Shown piece by piece: positions 62,575-64,000 of a stretch of DNA of 64,000 nt. The position numbers and the translations under genes were made by a program. The notes under the pieces were generated by a model. That model saw only the letters and a program-made list of their open reading frames with translations. It did not search any database and was not told the DNA's origin. Position 1 is the first letter of the stretch. The number at the start of each line of letters is the position of its first letter. The stretch comes from Octopus vulgaris (lineage: Eukaryota), in contig OX597814.1 in assembly GCA_951406725.2 (NCBI GenBank), positions 102,362,001-102,426,000 of the forward strand. The letters are read 5' to 3'.

Positions 62575-64000
62575 ATGGACAGACGAACAGATGGGTGGAA
62601 TACAGATTCATCTGGACTTTGAAGAAAGGGAAAGAAATGAAAAGTAAGAGAGAACCGTGCAAATAAGAGAGATCAAAGAAAAAATTAGGGAGCTGTGAAA
62701 AAGGAAGAAAGAAAGAAAAGGAAAATAGTATGAGTCAGCCAGTGTTAATGAAAATCAACTCAACCATTTTGTGTGCAGTTAAAAGAGTTTGAAATTTTTA
62801 GTGACATGAATTATATCCTGTACTCATCATCTTTTAACATCTATCTTTCATGCATGTATGAGTAGGACGGGTGACAGGAACTGGCTAGGTAGAAAAACTA
62901 CCCAAGGCTGCTGTGTCTGTTTTGACAGGGGTTTTATGGCTGGATGCCCTTCCTAATACCAACCACTTTGCAGAGTGGACTTAGTGCTTTTTACTTGGCA
63001 CTAGCACAGGCGAAGTTAGTTTTGGCATGATTTTTAAATATGAAGATTTGTCTTTTTTTTTTGTGTGGGTGTGAAACAATCTTCTTTTCTCTTAGTATGG
63101 TTGATTGAATTTGTCATGGTATGTTGAGGAAAAATAAGTTTTCTCTAAATCTATGGAGTTACTCCATGTAGTGTCAAGCACAAGGAAACTTAAATGAACC
63201 ATTCTCTTACAAGCTATGCACGTCTGAGGAGATTTGAAATTAATACCTTATGTTAGCAAAACATCAAATTATAGGATATTTTCCCAGTATAAAATGGTAA
63301 AGTGTGCTTCCTGGGGAACTTATGTGCAGCGAATGAACTGGACATTTTCAGAATTAAGTGCATTTCATTAAAACACATCTTACAGTTAATGGTATATGAC
63401 CAGAAGACTTTTTCAACTGCCCGTTCACTTGCAACTCTCCTTAGTGTCTTTATTTCATTTACCATTTTATTTATATATTTTAACAATCTCAGTGTAATGA
63501 TAAGTCAGAATAATACTCGAAGTGCTATTTAAATTTAGAGCATAAAAACATAAATCTAAATATATCACATTCTCAAAAAACGGAAAATTTACAGAAGGGT
63601 AGGCTTGCAATCTTTATTTCCGGAGTCATAACCTACAATGCTTAAAATTATATCGAACTCTAGAAATTACAGTTTTTTTTTTTTTTGTGCAATAGATCAT
63701 TTCCGACTATATTTTATAAGGAAGCCTTTTCGACTTACTGATATTGTTGTTGTTTTTGTATGTTACTTTTGTATTTGTCTTGACCAAGAAGGACAGTGTT
63801 AATGTAGTACTCTGGTGTATGTGTGTGTGGGGGGGGGGCGACAGTTTTTTCAAGAATCTCTGTTTAACAAAAGGTTGCAAGTCAACTGGACGGGGAGGAC
63901 AGTCTCTCAGTTTGCTAGAAATAGTCGACAAATCTCCCTTAAACTACTGCCTATGTATTTAGAGCGGAAAACACGCCACGTTATCTTTTTTACTCTTATT

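Noticed and set aside
63253-63486. VASERAV as a hAT dimerisation motif
   Set aside because: Surrounding residues and motif order do not fit; insufficient support.

Overview
AT-rich, repeat-saturated eukaryotic (animal) genomic DNA with no intact protein-coding gene that I can support. Most ORF-track entries are microsatellite or SINE artefacts. The SINE families and a mollusc-type mitochondrial ND1 fragment suggest an octopod cephalopod (Octopus-like); this is my recognition, not a database result. Contents: four high-copy short-repeat families (three with tRNA-derived heads, one sharing an RTE-LINE 3' tail); decayed RTE LINE pieces; a Penelope-like element with an inverted pseudo-LTR; a CRE-clade C-terminal fragment; Tc1 (DD34E), mariner and maT-type (DD37D) transposon fossils; hAT and TTAA (piggyBac-type) MITEs; two Helitron-type elements, one containing an ND1 NUMT; a probable solo LTR; several fold-back palindromes; and a CpG-retaining, promoter-like zone near 45.2-48.3 kb. 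The most notable observations are a set of minimal hammerhead-ribozyme motifs in short (TA)n-associated elements (one pair shows stem covariation), the Helitron-enclosed mitochondrial fragment, and a decayed ~3.4 kb intronless coding-like block of unknown origin. Coordinates were counted by eye and may be off by a few bases.
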